Assembly: GCF_037042905.1 (NCBI RefSeq)
Contig: NC_087250.1
Span: 23,438,001-23,502,000 of the forward strand
Length of the DNA stretch: 64,000 nucleotides
Direction of reading: 5' to 3'
Source of the DNA: Lytechinus pictus
Lineage: Eukaryota
The notes beneath the pieces are model-generated. The model had not been told where the DNA came from, ran no database searches, and saw only the letters and a list, made by a program, of their open reading frames with translations. A program made the translations under genes and the position numbers. Below, piece by piece: positions 40,385-54,019 of this stretch; the stretch's first letter is position 1, and the number at the start of each line of letters is the position of its first letter.

Positions 40385-40475
40385 ACTTACCTGTTTCCAA
40401 AGCCAGGCAGAAAACGTGATGAGCAAAAGAAGGATATGCAAAAAGAACAAAAGAAATGCAAATCAACAGCAGGCT
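40385..40475 (-). promoter_or_regulatory. Candidate recursive splice site, junction 40390/40391
   Basis: Minus strand has an 81-nt AG-free pyrimidine-rich tract (40393-40473) ending ...TTTTCTGCCTGGCTTTGGAAACAG|GTAAGT. Confidence 0.65.
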
Positions 40476-40514
40476 ATATTGTCACACACTTCAAATCACA
40501 TTGTAATTTTCAGT

Positions 40515-40750
40515 TTTTAAATTTCAAGACTTTCAAAATTACTCAATCCAGAGCTGCGCTGAATAGGGACCAGCTAATATTGAATTTATTTTTTAATCTT
40601 CAGATTCTGTTTGGTTTAATTTCAAAGGATTTGAATTCAAATCCTGTAAATTCAATTTCAAAAGGTTTAAATATACAAACCAATAGTATTTTGCTGGTAA
40701 CTATTTACGGCTGCTCTGGATTTACTCCAAATCCTTGAAATTTAGAGTGC
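40515..40750. mobile_element. Degenerate palindromic MITE
   Basis: TAAATTTCAAG...AATCCAGAGC.GC / GCTGCTCTGGATT...CTTGAAATTTA; related to 14230-14460. Confidence 0.55.
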
Positions 40751-41918
40751 ATTAGAAATACAATATAATAATATGAAATGAAACAAAACTAGTCAGATTG
40801 CAGAGATAACAGAATACAATCTAATTCTACGAATTAGACAGAAAAATGATACAAATAAAACAGTGTAATATATTTCCACTCTTTTTTCCTTTTTAAAAAA
40901 CCATTCTAAAATATAGAAATCAAAACCCTACTAATATACTGTAGTACAATTCCATACAGGAAATTATAAGTAAATTATATGGAATATGTGGTGGATTCGT
41001 TCCATTAAGAGAAATGATTATCAGATCTGTATTTTTTTTAATGGGAGAGTTGTTGAGTGTTAAAATCATAAAGATGTGATATAATCTTCACTGTAACTCC
41101 TCAAACCACAGAGCAAGGTAACCACAATGGACACAAAATAAACACCACAACTCTTCCAACATCGTCACTGAGTCTCATTCATAAGTATGATTTTATACAT
41201 GCCACTTGAATAAAAGACTTTCAAATCACGTTCCATAAAAGAGCTACATGCGTTTTAGCATCTAAATTTATGCATAAACAATGATCATATGTTTTTCATA
41301 ATGTATTGCACTGCATCATCAATGTTTGATAATATGCCTTATTTTGACTGTTTGAATTTTGATTCCAACAAAGAGAATGGCATGGAACATTTATGAATAA
41401 TATATAATTGTTCCATTGCAGACAGGTTTATAAATTCAAAGGTTAAAGAAGACGAAAAATAATCCCAAAAAGTTCATAAATATCATCCAACTCTTTCGGC
41501 TGAAAAAAACTAAAAATTTAATATGAACATTCGAAATGGGAGGCTTTTATAGGGACAATATTAATTATGTATTAGTTTACCTACATAAAAAATAGGTAGG
41601 CCTATATGAATGAACTTTTACCTGCACACACACACACAATAGGTCAATGAACTTTGAAAGAGTTGCTATCTTTAATTTCATGGGCTGGCAGCAATATGGA
41701 AGTAATACAATCACAAGTTATTCCTGTGAGAGAGCACAGACATGCCATTTTCTCAAACCTCCTGTTTATTTGATCCAGATATTGGGAATTTCAGCCCAGA
41801 ACGTACAAAGATTGAACCCCCCCCCCCTCCAGCGAAGTGAGATGAAATCAAATGATGTACCAGTATGCATTCTGGTAGTGCTTCTACCTTACATGATATA
41901 GGCCTATATTATACACTT

Positions 41919-42079
41919 CAGGGGCCGCGGAAGCAGGGGGGGGGGCTGGGGAGGCTTCAGCCCCCCCCCCCCCCACTTTTTTCCAAACTCGTGTACAAAA
42001 ACGTTAAAATGACCATAGGATTGTAATTTTTTGCATGGTCAGCCCCCCCCCCACTTTAGAAACCGTTCCGCGGCCCCTG
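41919..42079. mobile_element. 161-bp MITE, 14-bp TIR, 5-bp TSD (hAT-like)
   Basis: CACTT-[CAGGGGCCGCGGAA...TTCCGCGGCCCCTG]-CACTT. Confidence 0.88.
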
Positions 42080-42189
42080 CACTTTGTAGTTTGTAGTATT
42101 TTACCCATCTGTCTGTTAATATTTGAAAAATATAATCTTGCTCTACCTATTATCATTAAATTTGTCATTAGTAAAATCAAACTTCTACA

Positions 42190-42360
42190 GTTACGTTGTG
42201 TTAAGTATCATTACGTTATGTTATCATTATGTTACCTTATATTACGTTACTTTACATTACGTATGGTTACGTCACATTGCACTATGTTATGTTATGTTAC
42301 AATATGGAGTGGTACAGTATGGCTTGATTGTGCTATGTTAAATTGTATTGTACATTACAT
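42190..42360. repeat. Degenerate pentamer microsatellite (TTACG/TTATG)
   Basis: Direct reading. Confidence 0.75.
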
Positions 42361-42877
42361 TAAAAAATAAAGGTTACATACAGTCTATACAATACAGGAT
42401 GTTTTGTTGTGTGATGTTATGTTAGGACTGACACTAATGTCTTATATTATTCTGTACTGTATTGTATTACACATGTATACAGGAATTGTCTTTTTCCTCT
42501 GTGTTGCTTTTTTTTTGTGTTCTTGTGATATAGGCCTATAGGGGCATGTCATACCCAAGAATTCTTGTAATTTTGACAAATGCTACTATTTAGCGGGTAT
42601 TTTCTTTCGGGGAGATGACGCGTAATTTGCTTTCAAACTGCCAAAATACCTGGAACTGACGGACTTCGAGGCGGTCTGAAACCACCTAGTCTAATGCATT
42701 TAAAAGATCATGAAATTTGTTTATGTTTATGAATTTATTTGAGTGTTTATGAATGTCTTCATGATGATGTACTGTCATTGCCAGATTCATTAAATAATAT
42801 CACTGAATTTTTGAAGTTTTTGTAAATGGATGAATGGACTAATGAATGTATTAATGAAAGAATATGAATGAAATATC

Positions 42878-42974
42878 GAATGATTGAATGAATGAATGGA
42901 TGGATGGATGGATGGATGGGTGGGTGGGTGGGTGGGTGGGTGGATAGATGGATGGATGGATGGATGAATGAATG
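42878..42974. repeat. (GAAT)/(GGAT)/(GGGT) microsatellite
   Basis: Direct reading. Confidence 0.95.
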
Positions 42975-43676
42975 TCCACAGAATTTGAATGATAAAAAAT
43001 AATTAATTCCCCAAATACTTCCGCTCTGTACATCTACACAGTGAACTAGCGATCATACAGTTCAACAATGACCATCACTTCCAACAGAATCCCATATCAC
43101 TAATAAAAAAAAACACTTCAACCGCCTCATATAACCCATCATTACCTACTACCCGCTGCTTATCTTGCTCATTACCTGTCACTAATTGGGTAAAAACAAG
43201 TGTTTTTTATGACTTTCTGTATAGCAACATCCTATACATAGATGTAGGTCTATAAACAACCTGCAAACATTGGTAGAAATGGAAACATGTCTTTCTACTT
43301 CTGTAGGGAATGTCGCTCGATTGCTTCTTGAATCATGTTTAGATGGTATTGAATTGAAGGGAATGAATAAAATTAACAAGTGTGGCATGTGTAACTCATG
43401 TATCGCCATGACAATGATGATGTCACAATGATATTAACAATGGAATTAAACTAAGAAGAGTATAAGGCTTACAAAATGGAAGGAGGTCTAAGGGAAGAAC
43501 CGTTCTCGTATAAAATTATTTCCACTTTGCGTCATATCTTTCATTATTCATTATTTCTGTACAATAAATATGTTATTATTTCTACTGATCTATTTCTTTC
43601 ATAAACTACATCATCAGATATTTCAGAATGGGTCATTTCATCCTGTTTTGGCCACCCCACCCCACCCCCCCTTCCC

Positions 43677-44276
43677 CCTTCCTTCCTTCCTTCCTTCCTT
43701 CCTTCCTTCCTTCCTTCCTTCCATCCATCCATCCATCCATCCATCCATCCATCCATCCATCCATCCATCCATCCATCCATCCATCCATCCATCCATCCAT
43801 CCATCCATCCATCCATCCATCCATCCATCCATCCATCCATCCATCCATCCATCCATCCATCCATCCATCCATCCATCCATCCATCCATCCATCCATCCAT
43901 CCATCCATCCATCCATCCATCCATCCATCCATCCATCCATCCATCCATCCATCCATCCATCCATCCATCCATCCATCCATCCATCCATCCATCCATCCAT
44001 CCATCCATCCATCCATCCATCCATCCATCCATCCATCCATCCATCCATCCATCCATCCATCCATCCATCCATCCATCCATCCATCCATCCATCCATCCAT
44101 CCATCCATCCATCCATCCATCCATCCATCCATCCATCCATCCATCCATCCATCCATCCATCCATCCATCCATCCATCCATCCATCCATCCATCCATCCAT
44201 CCATCCATCCATCCATCCATCCATCCATCCATCCATCCATCCATCCATCCATCCATCCATCCATCCATCCATCCAT
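43677..44276. repeat. (CCTT)11 followed by an uninterrupted (CCAT) run of about 139 units
   Basis: CCAT run 43721-44276 (556 bp); source of the MDGW/PSIH pseudo-ORFs. Confidence 0.98.
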
Positions 44277-47076
44277 CTACCTATCTATCTATCCATCTTA
44301 TCATTCACATTTAGTCTTTACTATCTTTCATCCACTTTATTTCTATCTCACTACTTTCTTTCTGTCTGTTGATCTATCATTGTCTCTCTTTAGCTCCATC
44401 ATTCAATTCCTCCCTCCTTCCAAAAAGGAACCATCCTCCCCCATATCCTCTATATACATCAATCTCTTTCTATCTCATCGTTCGCATTCTTCCTAAAGCG
44501 AACCAAAAGAAAATGTTATAAGACTGAGTGTCTGAGTTGCTACACTCAACGGAGAGCTCCACTTCCATACACTATACACTTCGTCAACAGAACCCTGGCA
44601 TGTTGACACGGCACATAAACCGCCGATAGAGAACAAACAGCATTACGGTACCGGTTTCTCGCTCAACGAGCGCAAATTTACTCAGACCGACCCCGCCGCG
44701 CATCAATCATGCTCATTTGCCGTTTACGGAAGACCACGCTGAAAAGGGAGAGCGCCTCAAAAAAATTCATTCATTCCTGTTTTTTAATTTCTTTTTCATC
44801 CATTTCAAATTTGTCAAGTCTTCATATTTGTCTAAGAAAGCCTAGGGAACACTTTGGATGATATGGGCATTAATAAGAAGGTGTCGGGCGATCGATCGTT
44901 GGGCGGGGTAAACAAAGCGATGCAGATCTTTTTGTGAGATCTAGGACTAATATTTATGATTGGGAGAGAAAATTGGCTCAGAATACATAAATTATTGCCA
45001 GCTCTCCCAATAAATTTTCAGGGTTGTATCAACAGAACAGTGACAAGTATATAACAATGAGTAATTTATGAATTATCATAGCAACTGCAGATTTACCTGC
45101 AAGTGGGAATGGATATTTTCTTTTTTCATAATTATCCTGCAACATCTGCTCTGCAATAAGAATTAATTTCCTATCCCCAACTTCTTTATTAAATAACTTT
45201 ATCTGCAGATCATTTTTAAAAGAATATAAAATTTTAAAAAAATACCCAAATACAGTGATATAAACAGCAAAAAAATCATTCATCTTCATGATTAAAGTAA
45301 GCTTAAGTAAATGCATATCTTTTAGTCATTCATGTAAGAAAATCTATATAAAAAAAATAGAGTAAAGAATTTGTCATGGGGGAAGAGCCAGCTTTTACAC
45401 TATACAGATATTTTCATAGTAATACAACACTGAAAATGAGAATATAATTACATCTTGATAGGCCAAAATGATACTGGAAATACAGCTTGTTCTCAACGTG
45501 GACCCTACCACAAGTCCATGTTCTCAACATCCAATTTCCCTTTCCCTTTCATCTACTACCACCCTCCTCCCTTACCCTTACCCTTCAGGCTACACCCCCC
45601 CCCCCTCCAACAATCCTGAGCTTGGTCTCAACCTGCCATTTCCCACTTCCCCTCCAAACTACTAGTTAACCCCCCTGCACCCTTATCCTGCAAGTTACTT
45701 GCCTCACCCTCCCCCCCCCCCTCTTCTCATTACCTCTTCCCCCACCCCCAAATCCTGAATAACTGTTATGACCCATCTCCTAACAATATACACCAATGTA
45801 TACCACTGTATCATCTTCAAACCCGTAATCCAATCTAAGGAGCATGTCTTCGTCCACCAGCGTATCAAATTAATTATGCTTCTCATCTTGCCCTCTCCCG
45901 CTCCCTGCTGCATCATCGCCGGCGGCAACGGAATATGGACAACCCCCAGGCCAACCAACGTCTCGACCTCTAGCTGCAATATTCATAGTTTGGATCGGGC
46001 AGAGAATTACTGTGCTCCCCGGCAGGCACGTATGACTCATAGAGGGTAGGGGTGGGGTATGATGGGGTAGGGGTGGGGGGTATAATGGGGAGGGGAAGGG
46101 GTGGGGTGGGATAGAGGGTGGGGTTGTAGATGAGGGAGGGAAGGAGAAGAGGATGAAAGAGAGGGGGAACAATATGGAGATAAAACTTTTGAAAGAGGGA
46201 GGGGTGAAGATGAAGGAGAAGATGGAGTTGTTTCTTCATCCTCCATCTCTGTATTACTCATATAAGTCCGGAGGGGGATCGATTTCCGATATATGAAATC
46301 CACTGTAGTATGCCTCAAGAGTCACGATTGTGTTTGTAAACTTATGCTGGAATGCTCCCCAGGAAGTGGAGAAAGTGCATAGAATGTGTGGGGCAAAACC
46401 AGACCCCGCTGACCAGGGTAATAACAGAGGAGAAGAGAGCATGCTTTGGACCAAGGGCATTAAAAAATTTGATTTATTTTTTGGGGGGGAGATTGATGCC
46501 AACTTGCCCCCCCCCCCCCTTCTTCCCCATCAAGGAAGGGGTGTCAGTGGAGTTATTTTTTACTTCTTTCTCCCCCCCCCCCCTTGTCAGAGAAAGAATG
46601 ATGAAGAAAAAGTATGCTCCCCCGGTTCAACTTGGGATCCGCCACGTCGGTAAGGATGAGAATGAGGAGGAGGAAAGGAAAGATAGATCACAAATAATGC
46701 ATTCTGGGATTCACGATGAAAGATTCACAGCAATGAGGATACCAGGCGAGGGCTCTGGTTTAAAGAATAGAGACATTCATTTCACAGATCCGATGTCGGT
46801 CGACGGCGCTAGAGGTCTGCCGGATAATGTTACGAGATTCTGTAATTGAAATGACGGCCGATTAAACTCATGAATATACCGGGATAGACATTAACGCATC
46901 TCAAAGCCCAAGACTACTCATCACAAGAATCATAAAAATGTTCACTTTTACACACACTATGCACATGTTTAATTATAGAGATGAAAGGATGTATGAATGG
47001 AAGTTGGTGGTCATGTAGTCTACGAGGACAGACTCAAATTTAACACTTCAACAAATTATACCATGTCTAGAGTTAA

Positions 47077-47672
47077 AGGGGAATCCAGCCTTGGCCATAA
47101 CATTTTGTGTTGGGAAGGAGAAAAATAAATTAAAACAGAATGGTGAAAGTTTGAAAGAAATCGGACAAGCAATAAGAAAGTTATAGCTGCTTTAAAATTG
47201 AGATCACTAATACTATGTAGATTTCAAATTGGCAACTGAGTAAGTAAATTACGACAAGGGGCAAGGACAACTTTCCCATAGGCCATGTACTTTATTATCA
47301 GGGATTTGTGGTTTTCTCCTAAGTACACATTCCCCTGGGGCAGTAATCTAAATATAACCCAGGTAGTATATTGTTTTATGTCCTCATGAAAGAAAAATAT
47401 AATTTGAAATAAAACTTTTGGGAAAAACGAAATTTTAGCCATAATATGTATTGGAGTACATGGAAGAGTAGTCCTTGCCTTACATCACTATGACATCCCA
47501 TATGCGGCCAATTTGAAGTCTCCATAGGTATAGTGATTACCAATATTTACAACATTTAAAAATTCATAACTTTCTTGATGTTTGTCCAATATTGTTCAAA
47601 CTTTCACCTATCAACTTGTCTGATTTTTATTTTCCTTATAAAAACAAGTTTTTATTTGGGTTGGATTCCCCT
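47077..47672. mobile_element. Non-autonomous TTAA-targeting DNA transposon (Kolobok-like), 596 bp
   Basis: TTAA-[AGGGGAATCCA...TGGATTCCCCT]-TTAA; subterminal AAGAAAGTTAT / ATAACTTTCTT inverted motifs. Confidence 0.88.
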
Positions 47673-48832
47673 TTAAGACTGGGCAGAGCATCTCTTCAGT
47701 CCTTAACCACCATAAGCCTTATGTTTAAGCTCATACTCAATATCAAATTATAAAACTGTAGAAGAGCACCCAAGAATAAGGCAATAAAAAAATTATCAAC
47801 TACAATTTTCTATAAAAAGCAATAGGCCAAGTTATTGTATGGTTTGGTCGGTTGACTATTAACTCATCTAACATGATATTTTGTTGTTTAACATCTCTTA
47901 AACTTGATTTTTCTTTATCATTCAGGATCATATAGGACACTCTGGGCATGCAGTACACTGAACAATTATGTTGATGTGAATCTTTCTACGTTTCTGAATC
48001 GTGTTTCAGGATACAATGTAAGCATGCTGTGTATGAACATGCTTAAACATGAACTTGTCAATACTGTATATGACTCACAATCGTAAGTATACATGATTGC
48101 ATCATTGGCCTGAGGACATACAATTATTAATGAACTCAGAGTGTACTTCAATTCACACCTACAGGTCTGTGAATCTAATTTTGAGTGACAGAAAGGCGCT
48201 TGGGCAAAATTTGTTATTTTCTGTACAAGCGTCATTTCCATTTTCCTCCTCAAGATCTGAACATTGTGTGAGTAACAGAAGGTGGTTTGGGAGAACTTTG
48301 ATAATTTTTTCACTTTCTGTTCCTTACTGAATTCCAGTTTGCCCTGCAGCTGCACCAAGTAGTAGTAGTAGTAGTAGTCTACAGAGCACTTATGTGTAGG
48401 AGAGCTACTTATTTTGTTTTAAGTTTCCCAACTCTTCTTCATAACTTTACACAAAGGTTTCAATAGGAAGATAAAATAGGCCTTCATTTCAAGCTATTAT
48501 GATCTCATCTCAATCTTCAAATTGGCAAAGTACATACTGTATTCTGTCTTCTTGAACTTCAAATTGGTAATCTGAATGTATGCTGACTTCCTGAAATGCA
48601 CAAAGTTGCTTTCTGGCAAAAGCAGAAAGGATACGTTCTAAGCTGAACCGATCACATGCACTTTCGGCACAACTTTTTAACTACCCATTATAAGACAATG
48701 CAATGTTATACATATAACATGCAACATCATTTTCATTCCTTCATAGGGGACGTTAAGTAATACAATTTACCAAATAATTGTGCATGAGTCCGTAGTTAGC
48801 CCTACTAATCTACCCCTTCCCCACAAACACAA

Positions 48833-49148
48833 AGGTTCGTATTCTGAACTTGGGTTTAAATTAAACTTTGGTTTAAAGTTGTGGTTTAACTGTGGGTAGC
48901 CAATTGTGGCATAAACCTCTAATGTTAAAGGTTCAATGTATTGGCTTATTTGGCTATTGAATCATTCTTAACTGCCTGGGAAGGGTAAATAAAATAATGT
49001 CTTTTCCATTCAACAATTATAAGAAAAAAAACACAGTGAACATAAGAAAGATACAATATAAACAAAATTCTGACATTTTTGGCTTCCCATAATTTTAGCA
49101 CAGAGTTAGACGACAGTCTAAGTTACAACGGACTTCAGAATACGGGCC
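48833..49148. mobile_element. MITE with GGCCCGTATTCTGAAG termini
   Basis: GGTTCGTATTCTGAAC ... CTTCAGAATACGGGCC. Confidence 0.7.
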
Positions 49149-50465
49149 AAACAGTTTACCCTGAGGAAGCAGGGGGGCCCAGACATTCCACAGCTTGTAA
49201 CTTTCACTTAAGTATGTAAATAAGGAAAACTGGTAGACCCCAAACAAGCATCAACATCCTATAGAACTGGTCAGCACTTGAAGAACAATAGGAAGGACAT
49301 GTATTGTCTGAGGTGGGGATGGTCTAGGAGTAGTCTTGTCTTGGGTGAGTCGCAGACCCTTTGGAAGGATGCCCCACAAGATGATAATTGATGAATTACT
49401 TTAAAAAGCCAAACTTTAGTCATCATACAAATCTGCCGAGTCTTACAGTAATAGTAATATTTCTAATATTGTTCAATACTTATGTTTTTAAGTGCCTTGC
49501 ATTGAATATTATTATTAAATAAGATTTAAATTATGTGAGACTTGTGACCACCTTAAGTTGAAGTATTCAAAGAATGATAATCCAGTAATGTTGGGTAATT
49601 TGAATTAAAATTTAAATGAGTACTTAATCAAATCAAATTAACTATTAAAACTATTTGAGCTAGGCCTATGTGAATTAAGTAATGCTGATATTACATAAAC
49701 TATTGTCCATTTCAAAAAGACTCTGTAATTACAATACAAATGCATCTTAGGTGCGCACTGAGCAAAGAAGAAATTTAGACCCGGGTGGCAGGGTCTGAGA
49801 TGAGAAGACTAGGATTATAAGAGAAGACAATTCTCACCCATGTATCAAAAGGACCGAGAAAGGGGGCCTATAGTTCTAAGTGGAAAGGGGTCATTAATTA
49901 TGTATACCACTGCCCCTTCAACCCCATCATACCTGAATGTTTGCACACAGGGGTAGATTGTTACATTACAATACATTGAGGAGCCAAAACCTTTGTTTGA
50001 GGGGTAAAGAAAACTTGGAAAGGGGAAGGAAAAGGGGTACATTTAAGAGCTGGTCTTTTGTTAGAGGGGTAATGGAAAATGAGTGGAGGGGTGAAAGAGG
50101 GGTGTAAGGTGTGCCACTGGGGGTTGAGAGTGTGGGAATTGCATGGACATGAATGAAAGGGAGATCGGAATGGAGTGTGATGTATGTGGAAAAGAGGGGG
50201 TTAGTATTGATGGTATTGTTTTTGTTTGGGTGTTGTTTTTTGTTTGGGGTTTTGTTTTCGTTTCGTTTCAATAACGTTCAAAGTCACTCATTGTTAGAGT
50301 CAATGACCGATGACATGCAATTGGTGTACACATGTACATGGAGAGATCCCTCTTCAGGCTTCTGTCCTCCGTTACTCTCTCACTATTTTTTTTAGCTTTC
50401 TTTTTCTTTCTCTTTCTCTCTCTCTCTCTCTTCAAATCAACCCTAGATTACACATTCACATTTAA

Positions 50466-50842
50466 AGGTATTGTTTAACTTTGTGAGCAGCCGATTTAAA
50501 AAATTCTCAAACCAAGATGAAACATGTGTACAAGTGCATGTATTAGAACTAATAAACCCTGAAAACAACCATTATTGAGAATGAAAAGCTAAAACTACAA
50601 GGCAAACCCTGATTTTGTAAATAGGCGTCTTATAGACGCCTAAATAGTACACATAAGTGTATGGGATGAAATTAAGATGGTGTTTTCGGTCACTTTATAT
50701 TTCAATTTTTGAAGCACTAAATAATTATTTTCAACGCAATTTTTTCTGGGCTTCATTTTTGTAACATATCACAGACACAGGTGACAAGTGTGACCTTCTA
50801 GCTCAGATTTTTTAAAAGTCAAACCAATGTTAACCAATCACT
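50466..50842. mobile_element. Non-autonomous TTAA-flanked element (Kolobok-like), 377 bp
   Basis: TTAA-[AGGTATTGTTTAAC...GTTAACCAATCACT]-TTAA; imperfect TIR. Confidence 0.7.
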
Positions 50843-51506
50843 TTAAATCTATATTGAAAATGTCAAAATGGAACATTTCTAAGTAAAAACATTACAGGAC
50901 AAAAAAAATCAAAATGTTCTTATAACAAAATTTGATTGAAAGGCAAGGATGTTGAATTTAAATGTCGCCATCTGTCACAACTTAAAATACTTCTGACAAA
51001 AGTTCTGAGCTTACTTGTCCAGGTTAAGGTAAATCCCCTTGGCCTTCACCTCAAACAAAATCTTATTTTACACAATTTATGTGGCGGCGCAGCTCCTAAT
51101 CATTTGAATAATTTACAAGCCAACATCCACAAACTATTCCGAATGGTCACGTTTCAACGCATTGCCCACGACCTTAATAGTTAACGTGAGCCAATGATCA
51201 ACAATAAGCAGTATTACGACAATATCGCTTTCACGACAAGTGTTGTAAAGTTGGTTTTTATGATTGCCGTGTGTGAGGTGCGTTTCTGTTTTAGTATCGC
51301 CAAGTACTCATCACCTCTCTCAACCTAGAATGGTAAAGAGGGAGGAGAGAGACTGATGGGAAGGGTTGTCATGGTGATGACATGTAGCATCTCTCAGTAT
51401 CTCCCCTGCTCTAAGAAGAGATGAGTGGAGGGGAGGGAGGGGGTGGGATGATGATTCTTATGTAATTTTCATTTGTGCATGACAATTAATATTACATCTA
51501 GAAGAC

Positions 51507-51595
51507 ACTTACCTATTGAAATCAAGAGATGAAAATACATCAGGATCAGCACATGAAAAGAAAGAGAAAATGGCAACAGTTGAATGGTTAGTTTC
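51507..51595 (-). promoter_or_regulatory. Candidate recursive splice site, junction 51512/51513
   Basis: Minus strand has consensus branch point ACTAAC (51587-51592), no AG for 150 nt (51515-51664), and ends ...TTTTCATCTCTTGATTTCAATAG|GTAAGT. Confidence 0.72.
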
Positions 51596-52864
51596 GATAT
51601 TACACAATTTGAAATATAAAACAATAATTGGTGTTACACACACATCAAGCACGAATATGATAAACTCTTTGAAGTATCACACTTTGTAACTTGTGAGCTT
51701 GGTCATTTTAAGCTCTTAATTTAATTGCTATTTTTCTGTCATTTTATTTTCTTTGCGAATATATAAAAACATTTTTTTTTACATTATGTATTTCTATGAA
51801 ATTCCATAGGCAAACATTGTTATCAATTGATTTATTATAATTCAATAATTCATGTCTGATATTGCACCTAGAGCACTTTCCAAATGTAAATACCTTACTA
51901 CCAATCTTTTAAAGAAGTGCCCCGGAAGTGGAAGCTATGTCGATCACGACACACCATTTATACACTCACACATACAGGGCAAACGTGCACGGCTCATATA
52001 CCAAGGAGGATCACTGCAAATAACACAAGTCGATGAAATAAGGCAATATAAAACGTCGGTGAGGAGAGTCGTGAGATATCTACCAAGGGTGATGCTGTAA
52101 TGGTAATGTCATCAAATACAGGATATGGAGAGTATAAGACGTTGATGGGAGGTGCGAATGGGGTCAAGATGTGGACAGATGGACACTTATAATAGGGGTA
52201 TGCATTCAGACGGCTGAAAATAAAGCGTTGAATTAAATGGTTAAATGTGCTCAAAGACCTTCATGACATATTAAGGTTCTATTTAGGTACCATTATAAGT
52301 GAGGATTAGTGTTATCATTTAAAGGATGATAGATAGTATCTTCACCGACATTAGAGGCAGGAGCAAAAACAATCTCTCACTTGATCCATTTCTCTATATT
52401 TTGTTCCTGTCTTTCTCTGTTTGTTTTTTTCTTTCTTTCTACGATTAGCATTAATTAAGGGCTCTTACATTTGAGTAAACTTATAGCACAACACTCATTC
52501 ATCCCTTTATTACAAAATCTCTGCTGCTTCTCTTATTCCACTCGCTTCATGTAATTTGTTACCATGGTTACCACCCCCCCCCCACTCTTTCCTACTCTCT
52601 AACTCTCTTCCTTTCTATCTTTCACTCTCTCTCCCTCTTTCTCTATATCTTCCCATCTCTCTCTTCCTCTGTATCTCTCTCTCCTCTCTCCTTCTCTCTC
52701 CCTCTCCTCCCATACGTTCAATGCCCTCCTCTGTGCGATTCTCCCTGTATATAACCTCATCTCAGCATGTTAAACCCATCACATATCTTTGCGTCATACC
52801 TTATTCTATATCCAGACAGCTCAATAAACACCTCTGTGAACTTCATAACCCTCCACTAGATAGG

Positions 52865-53155
52865 AGCCAAATAAGACATCATACCACGGGTGTACCCCCC
52901 TCCCCCCTCTTCCAAAAACTAGGGGTAACCTCAAACAGATACATGCACCAAATGGGTATTACCCCCCCCCCTTTCTCACATTAGGGATAATCTCAACCAG
53001 AGGATCTCGCTGCCCCCCCCCCTTCAAAAACTAGGGGTAACCTCAACCAGAGGATCTCACTGCCCCCCCCCCCTTTAAAAACTAGGGGTAACCTCAACCA
53101 AATACAGACCACATAAGACATCATACCATGGGTATAGATTCCCCCCCCCCCCATT
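52865..53155. repeat. Degenerate minisatellite with poly-C (AAAACTAGGGGTAACCTCAA)
   Basis: Motif at about 52915, 53027 and 53078, plus a variant at 52982. Confidence 0.8.
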
Positions 53156-53242
53156 TCACAAATTCAGTGTATCCACACATACATAATCAAGCTACTGAAA
53201 TACTTGCATCTGATTTGCTCAGCGCAAAATAGTTGGTAAAAA

Positions 53243-53268
53243 CATGGACCTATTAGAGTAGGTCCATG
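53243..53268. mobile_element. 26-bp hairpin stub with 7-bp TSD, nested in a MITE
   Basis: GTAAAAA-[CATGGACCTATTAGAGTAGGTCCATG]-GTAAAAA. Confidence 0.75.
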
Positions 53269-54019
53269 GTAAAAATCACTGACTACCAGGTATTTCTTTT
53301 AGGAAGTGCTCTCCATAGGGATTTGAATATATTACTTTGCCTTTCTTCACTTTCACCACAAAATCTGACTAGAACCTTTAACCAAGATTACCATCGCAAG
53401 TAACTCTATCAAAGCATCGTGATGCAAGCTGAGCTAGACATCAAAGCTACGATGATGGGAGTATATTCCCGCTCAATAAAAAAATATTCAAGAAATTAGC
53501 ATCAATTATGCAAGCTCGTCGAAGGTTTAATACCAGTCACAGCCTGGGGCACCTCAAGGAATAAATAAAATATATGATCTTGACATTACGAGGAAAAGTA
53601 CATCCATTTTACCAGACATGATCAAAGTGCGTATGTGAGAAAGAATGCATTTGACCTTCTTTTTTGTCCTTGATGTGAACTGAACTTGCAATGGAAATAT
53701 TCTTGAAATTCTAGAAAACAGTTTTTTTTTTTTTTTTTTTTTAATTAAGTTTTGGGGGTTTTAATTCTTTGATTGTTTTTGTGGGTTTGTTGGGGCTTTT
53801 ACCATATTTAGTTTTAAAGGGCACTGAATTGACCACCTGAAAATGAAACATTTCAAGTCCAGCCCCCCCCCCCCCCCCCCCGAGCATTGCATCCGCTCCC
53901 AGCTATATTGTGTATGCAAACATGAGTGGTGGTGAAATACCTTCTTTAGTTACTTCTCAAGTTTTATGGGGGTTACCCCCGCCCCCTAGGTAAATCCTGC
54001 ATTCACACACACTCACAAT

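Noticed and set aside
41575..41650. Two more minus-strand YAG|GTAAA junctions (41580/41581 and 41621/41622)
   Set aside because: Donors are weak (GTAAAC, GTAAAA) and the tracts are short or TG-repeat; compatible with chance.
43544..44496. Long ORFs (MDGW/PSIH repeats, 211-308 aa)
   Set aside because: They are translations of the (CCAT)n microsatellite, which lacks stops in all frames.
46352..46849. 165-aa plus-strand ORF
   Set aside because: Runs through poly-C/poly-G tracts and repeat fragments; no recognisable domain or convincing splice boundaries.
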